A stretch of DNA of 64,000 bases from Bugula neritina (GCA_964035545.1 OZ037772.1:4282233-4346232); one strand, 5' to 3'; positions 1 to 11,869 are shown, counted from the stretch's first letter. A program made the numbers and translations. Notes: generated by a model not told the origin, from the sequence alone.

Positions 1-78
<78 letters not shown>
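1..78. repeat. (GA)n microsatellite, truncated by window start
   Basis: Pure GA dinucleotide run. Confidence 0.98.
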
Positions 79-85
<7 letters not shown>

Positions 86-2267
86 GTAGAAGAGTGTGTT
101 CAGTCAGTCAACATGTATTAGTGGTTTGCCAATCATGGAGCTCAAACCTAGCTCTTTACAATTAGTTGAAATTAAGGTATAAAGAACAGTAGTATAATAT
201 GAGAACCATGCATCCAAGAGAGTCACTGCAAAACAGCTTCCATTTATAGTGAGATACTAGCTTCTCATTAATCAGTTTCTTCGAGTCATATGCCTAACAC
301 TATTCCTGCCACTCTCACTGCTAGGAGTGGTGCGAAACTGTCACTTCATCATCCTTGGCAATGTGTCAAGAGCTAGCGCACGTGTGAGCGTTGCCTATCT
401 CGTGCAGCTAGCATAAGAAGAGTGAGTCATAGGATAACTTGTAGTTAGCAATCCATTACTAGTGGGATGACACATACACATGTTAACTCTCTCCAGTGTA
501 GTACTGCTATGTATGTGCAGCAAGTTTGGTCACAGTCTAAGTCAGAGGGGGGGGGGTTGGCATAACATAAACCCAAATCCTCAACACTATTCATGACTCA
601 ATACAAAGTAACACTCAATATATCTGACTAATTGTGGAAGAAGTAATCAAGTCATCAAAGCAAAAGGAGACACTCAATTCACAGATTATATTAGACACTG
701 ATTGATACCCCACAATATTATATTGTACCAAATAAAATTGTGATGGCTATCTAATAATCACTCAAAAGTTCAGCAATGGATTTAAGTAAATAGGTCACAG
801 ATTCACCGATTCCTGTCTAAGGGACTCACTACTAATTGTCATAAGACCTGCTCTTTAGTCAAATAATTTCCCAGTGACATGCTTGGCCTTGCCAATGACT
901 ATTGTGCTTTGGCAGCCCGGATGTTGGCCATTTTTAAATCGCACTCGCTTTCAATAAAACGCAATTTGCTGGAATGTAGCACTAAAATAAAAAAAATAGG
1001 CTCGCTGAATATAGCTACCAACCAATTAGGTGACGGTGACAGAGAGAATTCGCAATGTTTTCTCAACGCGTACAGTGGACACCTTTGCTACTTGTGATTT
1101 CAATTTTCGCATGCGAAAATACTCGTCGTGTGGCTCTAGGCTAACTGCTGATTAGTGAGTGAAGTGTAGTATCTATTTTTGTGTATTTCATTTGACTGAA
1201 AATTGAAAGTTTAAAGTTCAAACCTTCAAGCCGTCTCACTGCAATGCTGTGCAGTGCAGCATCTAACAAGCAGTCAAAGGTCAAAGGTCAAGGCAATTAC
1301 AAATCCCAAGTCATTTCAGTACATACTGACACAAAGTTCATTATAAAACAAAATTGTTTATGCATCTAACCTTAAAACAGCATGTAAATGAAAACAAACA
1401 TATACACAATAATATTTTAGTACTGCATAAGTGAAGTGTGTCAGGGATTCTTCAATTACTTATCTTTCACAATACAATCAATAAAAATGAGATCTTAGTT
1501 ATACTTTCAAAAAAGTCTTGTCTGTATATGGCCAGTCCTGATTAAATGTCTTTGAAATATCTGTCTGCACAGGATAGCTAAAGGCAACTTTTTAGCTGCA
1601 ACTGCCTTGCTGAGGTTTGCATTGTAACTGTGTAAAAATTCAGAACCAGTAAAAGCAATCTCATTTGATTGTAGGCTACTAGAATTAAAATTTAAAAACT
1701 ATGTTGTGAATCTTATTTTTCCCAGTGCAACTTTTTTGGAATTTTTTCATTCTTTTGCTAAGTTATAGAAAAAAAACTGCACATTTTTGGCTAATTTTGC
1801 CTCAAAAGTTGATTTTTTTAGTACCAATAAAATATCTTAGCAGGAAAACATGATATCGGAATAAAAAAGCAATGACTTTTAGATTTTATATAAATTGTGG
1901 ATTTATGCAATGGAAATGGTATATTTCTTTTTAAGTAGTAAGCGCTGTGCATCACTTCACGCTTCAGTGAACGAGTAGAGATGAGCATAATATAATATAG
2001 GGGTCTTTGTTACTGTAAGTCACAGGCTTGCTAGCTAACAGACTATAATGACTATAGCTTGCTGTTATTGGTTGTAGTTTGATTTCAGGCTAAACAGTGA
2101 CAAGTAGGTAACACGCATGCCACCCAGAGAACAATATTGTAGAAAAACTTAAACTACATGTTAATATAGAAATTCTTAGTGGGATGCTCTCAACTATCCT
2201 ATATGTGCTGCTGTTTCAGGCTAGTTAGCAAATTTTAAAAACAAAAAATTGTAACTTGCTATACCTT

Positions 2268-2332
2268 GGGGGGCCACAAAATATAGCTGGAGGGCCGGAT
2301 CCGGCCCTCGGGCCGCCTGTTGGACAGCCCTG
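2268..2332 (+). mobile_element. 3' end of a hAT/Charlie-like non-autonomous DNA transposon
   Basis: GC-rich ggccggatccggccc...gggccgc subterminal motif ending ...ttggacagccctg, followed by gtctaaag (NTCTANAN-like 8-bp target). No matching 5' TIR found in the window. Confidence 0.5.
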
Positions 2333-2842
2333 GTCTAAAGCATTAGAACTAAAGCTATTGAACAAACTGATGCCATTATAAAAGTACCTCTCTCAACATT
2401 ATATTAAAATAATATAATTCTACTCCTTAACACATAACCATGGACAAAAACCAGACACTCCGCTCTCACTACACAATCACTACATACTAGTAAACTGTTC
2501 TTTGTGCTACAGCAACTGTGTTGTCATGACAAAATCATACATGTTTGTAATAACAGGAAAGAAGATAGTAAACACAATTAGTCAATCCAACACAGTAGTT
2601 CCCAACCTGGGGGATTTCCCTATAGGAAGGAATTTGGACTATTTAGGGGAGCTGGGATTTCGATTTTAAAAATTTTAAGCAGTTTGTTGAAGACTTCTGA
2701 GCCCTTGCAAGTTACATGTACATGTATATCTATAAGCCTTCATCTTAGCTTATCTATTTAACCAATTCTGCAATCCTAGTATATTTCTACATTAATGTGT
2801 TTTTAATTACAATATTGGGGTTGGGGTTTAAGGGTTGGGGTG

Positions 2843-3654
2843 TGTAGCAGTAGCTGGCAGCATGTTTACATGCACACTGTGTGTGTGCGTGTGTCATAGT
2901 CCATCATCATAGCATATTAATAGCCCCTAAACAAAACAATAAATTCCTACAACTGCGCAGCAAAAGCCACAATCAATGAATCAAGTGTATTGCAAAAGCC
3001 TAAGACAACAAATCTGCCAGAATATTTCTGTTCCCTTATTTGGAATTACTTGGGGCTGGTGGTGCAATTTGGGTGACCAATGGGATCTGGAACACATCAT
3101 TTTGTTTATTTGTTGTTTGTGTATTATTCTGCTGCTGTTGGAAAGCATTGGTTATCCTGATCAGTTTCAATTAGTAGAGCCAAAGAGCAAGTTATACTAC
3201 TTATAATTTTACATTAAACAAGATATATATTACTATCTATTGAAACCTAAGAGCAGAAGCTGTATTATCAAGTTATCAGAGAAGTGCTAAAGGTTTGTCT
3301 GCTATTAATTTTTCTATCATTTATTGTCTTAATGCTGTAATATCGATACATTTAGCTTATATTATATGAAGTGTTTTATAGCTGACATTATTTTTAATGA
3401 ATTATTATGCAGTAATATTTTGCTTACTTTAATCATTTTTATGTGTGTTATTTCCTTACAGTTCTTATTTTCTTGTACTTTATTTAGCCTTATATTGTGT
3501 GTATTTTATTTAGATTTCACGGTGTAGCTTTGTGAGCAAAAGTGTTATAAGTTGGAATAAAATACTAATAACTACACTCACAAGACATCAGTTGAATTCC
3601 TAAACCTACTCTGATAAGCTTGCAGTTACTAGCAGACCTAACAAAACTGCTACA
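2843..3654 (+). repeat. 5' LTR of BEL/Pao element
   Basis: Direct repeat of 10489-11300; only 2 differences seen by eye (2908 C/T, 3624 A/G). Confidence 0.97.
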
Positions 3655-3670
3655 GTGAAATCTTTAACAA

Positions 3671-3870
3671 AGTCCAGAAAGAGACACCTTGTGACGCCCC
3701 GTAGAGCCACACCTGAAATATAGTCCAGAAAGAGACACCTTGTGATGCCCCGTAGAGCCACACCTGAAATAAAGTCCAGAAAGAGACACCTTGTGACGCC
3801 CCGTAGAGCCACACCTGAAATAAAGTCCAGAAAGAGACACCTTGTGACGCCCCGTAGAGCCACACCTAAA
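3671..3870 (+). repeat. 4 x 51-bp tandem repeat in the BEL element leader
   Basis: Unit agtccagaaagagacaccttgtgacgccccgtagagccacacctgaaata(t/a) starts at 3671, 3722, 3773 and 3824. Confidence 0.95.
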
Positions 3871-4459
3871 ACAATCATCTGAAGGGACAACTCCTGAAGC
3901 TCGATAAAGCTATAATAGTACAGGAGGGTACTAGAAGATAAGTACATCTGTGCATTTTAATGACATATTTACCACAAAAGCTTTAACTTTATATTAATTT
4001 CTGTGCAAATTGCAATTTTAATTATATGAGGAGTATTGTAACAGTGAATTTTATCTCTTCATGAAAATATCTAGAATATTTACTATTTCTGGTATTATTT
4101 GAACTTTTAAAAAGTTTTTTGTGTTTGTAAAGCTAATTAGGAATCAGTGCTTCCAACAAAGCAGCACTAATTAGTGTGGGTGGAGGTAATGATAAGTGTT
4201 CCTGCATCCTATTGGTGGTTTGAATTGTTCATTAGCTTCCATTGGTCCATTGTGGGATTGACCCAGTTGTGTGGCAAAAACCCAGCTGCAGTTGTCAGGC
4301 TTGCTAACCTAGCACGTAATTAATTATCAAAACAAACAATCAAGTGAGGTTGAGGTTATATTTACGGCCTGATCTACTGCCAATTTATTGCACATAGCAG
4401 CGCATTAGTTTTATAGCGAATGGTATTTGTAAGTTTTTGCTGTAATCAAAATTATTCAA

Positions 4460-7400
4460 ATGGCCAAAGCAAATGTTAGCCTGCTTGATCTAGATGACTA
4501 TTCCGACAAGAATCTAGCAGCTCCGCTAATACAACCAGTTAGCAACAAATCATGTACTAGCAATGCAAAAGGTGAAATTGTGGCGCCAACCAAAACAAGG
4601 CCTGTACGCACAATTAAAGTTTCAAATCTTGGCAAAGAGAGCCAGAAAAATGAGCTGGCATTTTCACTATATGCTGCTATAAACAGAGAGCTTCGTGCTG
4701 TTGATGTTATTTTTAAAAGATGCCGTAATGATGCTTATATGTTAGATACTATTGATACTTGTGTTGCTGAAATAGAAACAAAAGCTGAGTCTATTACATC
4801 TGATTATGCTAAACTTTTGCAATTATCTGACAATAAAGTGGAAACAAAAATAGAAAAACACTTTGAGTCTTTTATTGGGGAAGTCGGTAAAATTACAGAA
4901 AAGATTCTAGAGATACGACAAGGTATGGCTATCCAAGAGGAGAAATGCAAGGAACAGGAAGAGCTAGCAAGTAAGCAGAAATTATTGGAAGAAGAGCAGC
5001 GCAAGTTTGAAGAGTATCTAGCTGAGAGGGAGAAGGTTCAACTGGTAGAAGAACAAGCCCGGCAACTACAAATGGCCGCCGCGGAATCCACACCACTGAA
5101 CAGAAACTCAGTGAGAGATGAGAAGAATTTAGAAGTGCACGTGATCAGAACTGACCCGATAGACTTGTGGTCTGCCCCCGCAACACCCCCAAACACTGAT
5201 GTCAAACCCCGGGACAATCTTCAATACTTAAGTGGCAATGAGCGAGCAAATCACGCATTCAAAACTAGTCAGTCAAGTGATGATTCCATCCGCCAACTCA
5301 CCAATAAGATTGCTCAGGGAATCAAACTTACAAGGAAAGCAGATATTGAACCAGATATCTTCAAGGGCAACACTTTAGAGTTTGATGATTGGGAGTGTGA
5401 TTTTGACAGTTACTTAACATCCATGGGCATAGAGGAAGGACCAGAAAGGTTGAGATACCTGAAGAAATATGTAGACGGCCCTGCAAAAGAATGTATTAGC
5501 GGACATTTTCTAATACGAACAGAGCATAGCTACTACAAAGCACGTCAGAAGCTGTCCTCAAGATATGGTAACAAACTCGACGTAGCTCGATCAATGAAAA
5601 ACGCACTAGATAACTGGAAGAAGATTGCAACAGATGACCACCAAGCCCTTCAGAAGTACGCAGATTACTTGGAGAGCTGCAGAAACGCTATGAGCTCAGT
5701 ATCAGGGTTAACTAGCCTTGATGATGAGCATACTAATGAGAAACTTGCAAGAGTACTACCCGATTGGGCACATAAAAAGTGGGTAGCCGTGGTGCACCGC
5801 CTGCAAAAAACAGAAATGCGATACCCCAAATTTTCCGAGTTCTCTTTATTTGTGGATGACTTAGCAGAAATGTGTTCTCTACCGTTGATGCAAAACACTG
5901 AAAGAAATGAGAAAAGAAGACCAAATACAAAATCATTCATGACTAACACAGCAAGCGCCCAGGAACCACGAAAGTGCCTGTACTGTCACCAAAAGGGTCA
6001 TATCGTGGCTGAGTGTTTCAAGCTATGCGAGAAACCCTACAGCCAACGCATGAAATTTGTAACAAGTGAAATGCTGTGCTACATCTGTGCCCGGCCTGGC
6101 CATATGGCTACCAATTGTTTCTACAATGACAAGCAGATCTGCAGAAAGTGTAAAAGGCCTGGCCATGCTACATGCCTACACAAAACAAAAGAAGACTGGA
6201 ATGAAGAGAACCAAGGAACAGAGCACAAAAGGCCTAGTAAATACGCCTCTCAACAGCCATCATCAGTACAGCAGAGCAGTGAACAACAGATGAAAAAGAG
6301 TGACATCCAAGCCTCACCATCTAACTGTTCAACTACTCAGACTTCTAACAGGATTACAAGTGCAGCAGAATGGCCTGACAGTCGATCGCCACCTTCAGCA
6401 CAAGACAATAAAGATCAAACCAAACTCTCAAGTAAGAACACAAGAACGCCTACACATAACAAGATCTTCAACATGGGGATGCCTGTGTATGTGTCAACTA
6501 CTGCTAATCTTAAAGCCAAGATTCTAGTGTATGCATTTCTTGACTCTGCATCAGATCACTCTTACATAACAAAAGACTTAGCCAAAAAGCTGAAACCACA
6601 ACAGCTTGGAAGAAAATCGGTTGAAGTAGAAACGATGATTGGTGAAGTTCAAAAGGAGGAAGTCAACATCTTTGGTGATATGCTAATTAAAGGATATTAC
6701 GGCGGTGAAGTAGCTCTTTCATCTGCCTATGAATGGAACGAAATACCCAACTCCACTGGAGAATTTGCTAATCACACGAACATACTACAGCAACCGCACC
6801 TCAGCCACTTGGCCAGTAAACTGGCACCCCCAATGGACATACCAGTAGGTCTCTTGATTGGCGCTAACTGTACAATGGCCTCATTTCCATTGGAAGCTGT
6901 AAAAGGGGGTGGTAACATGCCATACGCCCTTCGAACGGAGCTTGGCTGGGCTGTGTTTGGTGTCGCGAAAAGCTCACACACCAAACAAAAGGTTCATGCA
7001 ACTTGTCTTACTTTTGACGATAATGATGACAGCTGTTTGCTCTCACAAGAAGACTACAAGTTTATTGAGATACTAGATAGTCAAACAGCCATTAGTGAAA
7101 GCGGCAACTATATGATGCCATTGCCATTCAAGGAGCGCCCGACTCTCCCAAATAACTTTCAACAGGCAAAGAGAAGGCTAGAGGGCCTAGAGAAGCGCTT
7201 TATGAAAGACCCTGAACTGGAAGCTGATTATAAAAAATTTATGAATGAGCTACTGGAGCAAGATCTGGCTGAGCCAGTAGATGATAACAGTGGAGCAAAT
7301 GGGGAAAGGTGGTACATACCACATTTTGCAGTGAAGCATCCCCAGAAGAATAAATTGAGGGTGGTGTTTGACTGTAAGGCCTCCTACCAGGGCACATCCC

Positions 7401-10294
7401 TGAATGACCATCTCCTACAAGGCCCTGACCACATGAACTCCCTTGTAGGAATACTGTGCCGTTTTAGAAGAGAATCTATAGCGATCAGTTGTGACATACA
7501 GCAAATGTTCTATAACTTTCTTGTCACATCTGATGACAGAGATTATCTCCGGTTTATTTGGCATGACCAACATGGCCAACATCAAACCTTCAGAATGAAG
7601 GTGCATCTTTTCGGTGCAAAGTCCTCCCCTGGTGTTGCAACATATGGCTTGAGAAAAATCGCACAGGACCACAGCTCTGTTTCCAACGCGGCCACAATGT
7701 TCATCAACCGTGACTTTTATGTCGATGATGGTATCACCAGTGTTGCCTCAGAAGGCGAAGCGATTGCGCTTATAAATGCGGCTCGTGACATCTGCAGCAA
7801 GGGAAACTTGCGCTTACATAAGTTTGCATCTAACAGTGCAGAAGTTCTAGCAGCACTGCCAGAGTCTGAAAGATCTGTTCAGAACAAAGAGTTAATGGAG
7901 TTACTACCTGAACAGCGCACCTTGGGTTTACAATGGGCCATGGAATCAGACACGTTCAAGTTTATCAATCAAATCCAGAACAGACAAAATACTAGACGGG
8001 GAATTTTATCAACAGTCAGTCAGTTATATGATCCATTAGGATTCCTGGCTCCATACACACTCCTAGGAAAAAATATACTACAGCAGGTCAACAAGGCCAA
8101 TCTGGATTGGGACGATCCAATTCCTGATACCTTAGCCGACAAATGGAGCAGGTGGATAGATCAGCTACCAGCCTTAGAACAAATCAGCATTCCAAGATGC
8201 TTGAAACCGAAGAATTACGGAGAAGTTGTAAGGCGTGAATTACACAACTTTTGCGATGCCAGTGAAGATGGAATTGGTGCGTGCTCATACATACGCCAAA
8301 TCAACAACAAAGGCAATGTGCAAGTCTCATTCTTGATAGGAAAGTCAAGAGTAATACCATCTAAAGGACTTTTCACAATGCCTCGCTTAGAGCTTATGGG
8401 TGCTGTAATGGCTACTCATCTGAGTAAGATGCTTCACAAGGAGCTAGATATGAAGTTTGATGCAGAGTACTTTTGGTCAGACTCAGAAATTGTGCTAGGA
8501 TGGATAGCCAACACCACGAAGAAATATCATCCTTTTGTCCACAATCGAGTACGGGCTATTACATCCACCACAGAAGAAAAGCAGTGGTACCATGTGCCTG
8601 GACCTTTAAATCCAGCTGACATCGCTTCTCGGGGTAAACCCTGCGATCAACTCTCCAATACAAGCTGGTTCTCAGGACCAGGCTTTCTCAAGGAGCCTAC
8701 AATCACCCTTTTAAACCAAGAGCAAAATTTCATAAGCAACCTTGATCCCCAAGATCCCGAGATAAAGAAAGCGAAAGTTATGCAAACCGCTATCAGACCA
8801 ACTGGCATTATTGACAAATTTCTCAAGTTTTCCACCTGGTCAAAGCTTGTACGCTCTATCACAGTCATCCGAAGCATTCACCGCAATGAAAAGAAGACCT
8901 GGTGTGTTAAACCATGTTCCGCAGAGAGTCTCCATGAAGCTGAGACGAGAATTATCTCAGCCGTCCAGCAGAGCCACTACAAAGAGGACTACAGTACAGT
9001 AAAACAAGGACAGCAATTGTCAAAATCTAAACCTCTTGCTAAACTTAATCCATTCATTGATGAAGCCGGCATTATGCGTGTAGGTGGGAGGTTGCAGAGA
9101 TCACAGGTGCTCAGCTATGAAGAGAAGCACCCCATAATTCTCCCTCGTGATGCACATGTAACGTCTCTAATAGTCCGGCACTATCACAACAGCATTTATC
9201 ACCTAGGGAGAACATCTACACTAAGTGCAATTAGAACTGCAGGGTACTGGATTGTCGGAGCCACAAGACTTGTGAAGTCTATGTTGAGCAAATGTGTCAC
9301 CTGCAACAGGCTGCGTGGCAAGCCTATTACCCAAATCATGTCAATGCTACCCACAGAAAGACTAAATCCAACACCACCATTTACAAATATAGGCATAGAC
9401 TGCTTTGGACCCTTTACCGTTAAAGACAGGCGGTCAGAAGTGAAAAGATGGGGCCTCCTTGTCACGTGCATGTACTCCCGAGCTGTGCATATAGAGTTGT
9501 TGCCGGATATGACAACAGATTCATTTCTGAACGCTTTAAGAACACTGATCTGCATCAGAGGAGCAATAAATATGATTTACTGTGACAGAGGGACCAACTT
9601 TGTTGGAGCTGACAACGAGCTCACAAGAGAACTCCATGCAATGGACCAAGGGTCATCTGCACTAACAACATTTTTAAAGGAAAATCGAATCACCTTCCAG
9701 TTCAACGCGCCACATTCGAGCCATGCTGGGGGTGTTTGGGAACGCCAAATTTGTAGTGTACGATCTGTATTGGAAGGTATGAAATCTACAGGTAAGTACA
9801 ACAGGCTGGATACACCGGGGCTCCGTACTGCCTTCTATGAGGCAATGGCTACGGTCAATAGCCGACCATTGGCGATAAACAGCTTGAACGATCCTGAGGC
9901 ACCTATACTCACTCCAAATCATCTACTCACATCAAAATCAAGACAGATAGGACCCCCACCAGGAAAGTTTGAGACCACGGAGATCTATGGAAGAAAAATG
10001 TGGAGAAAGGCTCAACAGTTTGCTGAAGAATTCTGGAGACTATGGAAAGTTGAATACATGCAGCAGATTACAAAGCGACAAAGGTGGGAGAACCAAACAC
10101 GTGATGTTCATACAGGAGATCTAGTCATGCTTATAGAAGAGAACGTATTGCGAAATGAATGGCCCTATGGATTGGTCAAGGAAACGTTGAGAAGTGCTGA
10201 TGGCAGGGTCAGAAGAGTAAAAGTAAAGACTAACGCTGGGACAACACTAGAGCGTCCGATACAGAAGCTAGTGCTGCTACAGGAGCAAGAGTAG
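4460..10294 (+). CDS. BEL/Pao Gag-Pol polyprotein (1944 aa)
   Basis: Gag with three Cys/His knuckles (CLYCHQKGHIVAEC, CYICARPGHMATNC, CRKCKRPGHATCLH); protease AFLDSAS; RT YIPHF...FYVDD; RNase H FCDAS...PRLEL...WSDS...NPAD; integrase HHCC plus IDCFGP/CDRGTNF/VWER. Confidence 0.97.
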   Translation: MAKANVSLLDLDDYSDKNLAAPLIQPVSNKSCTSNAKGEIVAPTKTRPVRTIKVSNLGKESQKNELAFSLYAAINRELRAVDVIFKRCRNDAYMLDTIDTCVAEIETKAESITSDYAKLLQLSDNKVETKIEKHFESFIGEVGKITEKILEIRQGMAIQEEKCKEQEELASKQKLLEEEQRKFEEYLAEREKVQLVEEQARQLQMAAAESTPLNRNSVRDEKNLEVHVIRTDPIDLWSAPATPPNTDVKPRDNLQYLSGNERANHAFKTSQSSDDSIRQLTNKIAQGIKLTRKADIEPDIFKGNTLEFDDWECDFDSYLTSMGIEEGPERLRYLKKYVDGPAKECISGHFLIRTEHSYYKARQKLSSRYGNKLDVARSMKNALDNWKKIATDDHQALQKYADYLESCRNAMSSVSGLTSLDDEHTNEKLARVLPDWAHKKWVAVVHRLQKTEMRYPKFSEFSLFVDDLAEMCSLPLMQNTERNEKRRPNTKSFMTNTASAQEPRKCLYCHQKGHIVAECFKLCEKPYSQRMKFVTSEMLCYICARPGHMATNCFYNDKQICRKCKRPGHATCLHKTKEDWNEENQGTEHKRPSKYASQQPSSVQQSSEQQMKKSDIQASPSNCSTTQTSNRITSAAEWPDSRSPPSAQDNKDQTKLSSKNTRTPTHNKIFNMGMPVYVSTTANLKAKILVYAFLDSASDHSYITKDLAKKLKPQQLGRKSVEVETMIGEVQKEEVNIFGDMLIKGYYGGEVALSSAYEWNEIPNSTGEFANHTNILQQPHLSHLASKLAPPMDIPVGLLIGANCTMASFPLEAVKGGGNMPYALRTELGWAVFGVAKSSHTKQKVHATCLTFDDNDDSCLLSQEDYKFIEILDSQTAISESGNYMMPLPFKERPTLPNNFQQAKRRLEGLEKRFMKDPELEADYKKFMNELLEQDLAEPVDDNSGANGERWYIPHFAVKHPQKNKLRVVFDCKASYQGTSLNDHLLQGPDHMNSLVGILCRFRRESIAISCDIQQMFYNFLVTSDDRDYLRFIWHDQHGQHQTFRMKVHLFGAKSSPGVATYGLRKIAQDHSSVSNAATMFINRDFYVDDGITSVASEGEAIALINAARDICSKGNLRLHKFASNSAEVLAALPESERSVQNKELMELLPEQRTLGLQWAMESDTFKFINQIQNRQNTRRGILSTVSQLYDPLGFLAPYTLLGKNILQQVNKANLDWDDPIPDTLADKWSRWIDQLPALEQISIPRCLKPKNYGEVVRRELHNFCDASEDGIGACSYIRQINNKGNVQVSFLIGKSRVIPSKGLFTMPRLELMGAVMATHLSKMLHKELDMKFDAEYFWSDSEIVLGWIANTTKKYHPFVHNRVRAITSTTEEKQWYHVPGPLNPADIASRGKPCDQLSNTSWFSGPGFLKEPTITLLNQEQNFISNLDPQDPEIKKAKVMQTAIRPTGIIDKFLKFSTWSKLVRSITVIRSIHRNEKKTWCVKPCSAESLHEAETRIISAVQQSHYKEDYSTVKQGQQLSKSKPLAKLNPFIDEAGIMRVGGRLQRSQVLSYEEKHPIILPRDAHVTSLIVRHYHNSIYHLGRTSTLSAIRTAGYWIVGATRLVKSMLSKCVTCNRLRGKPITQIMSMLPTERLNPTPPFTNIGIDCFGPFTVKDRRSEVKRWGLLVTCMYSRAVHIELLPDMTTDSFLNALRTLICIRGAINMIYCDRGTNFVGADNELTRELHAMDQGSSALTTFLKENRITFQFNAPHSSHAGGVWERQICSVRSVLEGMKSTGKYNRLDTPGLRTAFYEAMATVNSRPLAINSLNDPEAPILTPNHLLTSKSRQIGPPPGKFETTEIYGRKMWRKAQQFAEEFWRLWKVEYMQQITKRQRWENQTRDVHTGDLVMLIEENVLRNEWPYGLVKETLRSADGRVRRVKVKTNAGTTLERPIQKLVLLQEQE

Positions 10295-10478
10295 TTATAG
10301 TAGCTAGCGACATCCAACTGCCACTGTATGAGGATTACAGTGCATAGTTATAATATCCATATTTTACAATAGCCATTATATAGTTTCATGTCATTTTTAT
10401 AAAAAAAAAAAAAAAAATGAAATAAATAAATAAAAGCTAAAATAAAATGGTAAATTCTCTTTTAATTTTTGTAAAATT

Positions 10479-10488
10479 AAGGTGGGAG
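10479..10488 (+). other. Polypurine tract of BEL element
   Basis: aaggtgggag directly 5' of the 3' LTR. Confidence 0.8.
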
Positions 10489-11300
10489 TGTAGCAGTAGC
10501 TGGCAGCATGTTTACATGCACACTGTGTGTGTGCGTGTGTCATAGTCCATCATTATAGCATATTAATAGCCCCTAAACAAAACAATAAATTCCTACAACT
10601 GCGCAGCAAAAGCCACAATCAATGAATCAAGTGTATTGCAAAAGCCTAAGACAACAAATCTGCCAGAATATTTCTGTTCCCTTATTTGGAATTACTTGGG
10701 GCTGGTGGTGCAATTTGGGTGACCAATGGGATCTGGAACACATCATTTTGTTTATTTGTTGTTTGTGTATTATTCTGCTGCTGTTGGAAAGCATTGGTTA
10801 TCCTGATCAGTTTCAATTAGTAGAGCCAAAGAGCAAGTTATACTACTTATAATTTTACATTAAACAAGATATATATTACTATCTATTGAAACCTAAGAGC
10901 AGAAGCTGTATTATCAAGTTATCAGAGAAGTGCTAAAGGTTTGTCTGCTATTAATTTTTCTATCATTTATTGTCTTAATGCTGTAATATCGATACATTTA
11001 GCTTATATTATATGAAGTGTTTTATAGCTGACATTATTTTTAATGAATTATTATGCAGTAATATTTTGCTTACTTTAATCATTTTTATGTGTGTTATTTC
11101 CTTACAGTTCTTATTTTCTTGTACTTTATTTAGCCTTATATTGTGTGTATTTTATTTAGATTTCACGGTGTAGCTTTGTGAGCAAAAGTGTTATAAGTTG
11201 GAATAAAATACTAATAACTACACTCACAAGACATCAGTTGAATTCCTAAACCTACTCTGATAAGCTTGCGGTTACTAGCAGACCTAACAAAACTGCTACA
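10489..11300 (+). repeat. 3' LTR of BEL/Pao element
   Basis: Direct repeat of 2843-3654, TG...CA ends, contains AATAAA. Confidence 0.97.
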
Positions 11301-11869
11301 GGGTGGGAGGTTTGAAAGCAAGCCATGGTACAATGTCATCAGCTACAGCCATAATATTAATAATTGAACTGCTCTGTGTTTTATACATGCATAATAGAAT
11401 TATCAGAAATAATTATATTATATTCAAATATAATAGAAAAAATATTGCATTGTAGCCTATATTATCATTGTCAGTCATAAGAAGTTTTGTTTTTCAAAGG
11501 GGAGAATGAATAGTAAACATTTATGAAAGTGGGAATGATATGAAAAAGGTTGGGAATAACTGCTCTAACAAGTCTTGTACTGTATGAGAACAAAATAATA
11601 TAATGAGGAGACAACCCCAATCCCATGACATCCAACAGCACCACAATTCAACAAGAGAGGACAGCTGATGGTGCAATCTACATAACAGTTACTTTCTCTA
11701 CCTAATGAAAAGATATCCACATACTCCACAAGTTGGTAACCAGAGTTCACATAAAATATACAGTATTGTTTGCTTTTCATAGACATAGATCAGACAACTC
11801 CTAGATGATAGTGAGAAAATCATATGCAAGCCTATGACATGATATATTGTGTTATTTACTGTAACTCAC

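Larger units (their letters stand above)
2843..11300 (+). mobile_element. Full-length BEL/Pao LTR retrotransposon
   Basis: Two 812-bp LTRs (tgtagcagt...actgctaca, 9-bp terminal inverted repeat), perfect 5-bp TSD gggtg (2838-2842 / 11301-11305), PPT before the 3' LTR, single uninterrupted gag-pol ORF with PR-RT-RH-IN order. Confidence 0.98.
2593..11562. mobile_element. hAT-type MITE (~0.5 kb) split by the BEL/Pao insertion
   Basis: TIRs cagtagttcccaacct (2593) and aggttgggaataactg (ends 11562), 14/16 complementary. Degenerate 8-bp TSD atccaaca/ctctaaca. Flanks on both sides align to the corresponding intron of paralog C (~40300-40675). Confidence 0.7.

Noticed and set aside
2976-3206. 76-aa hydrophobic ORF duplicated at 10622-10852
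   Set aside because: The duplication simply reflects the LTRs; low-complexity T-rich sequence; not env-like.
3671-3870. CRISPR-like array
   Set aside because: Units are contiguous with no unique spacers; eukaryotic retrotransposon context; no cas genes.
3606-3947. Minus-strand ORFs with 17-aa repeats
   Set aside because: By-products of the 51-bp tandem repeat; no independent coding evidence.
4804-9922. Short alternative-frame and antisense ORFs within gag-pol
   Set aside because: Shadow ORFs of the long coding region.
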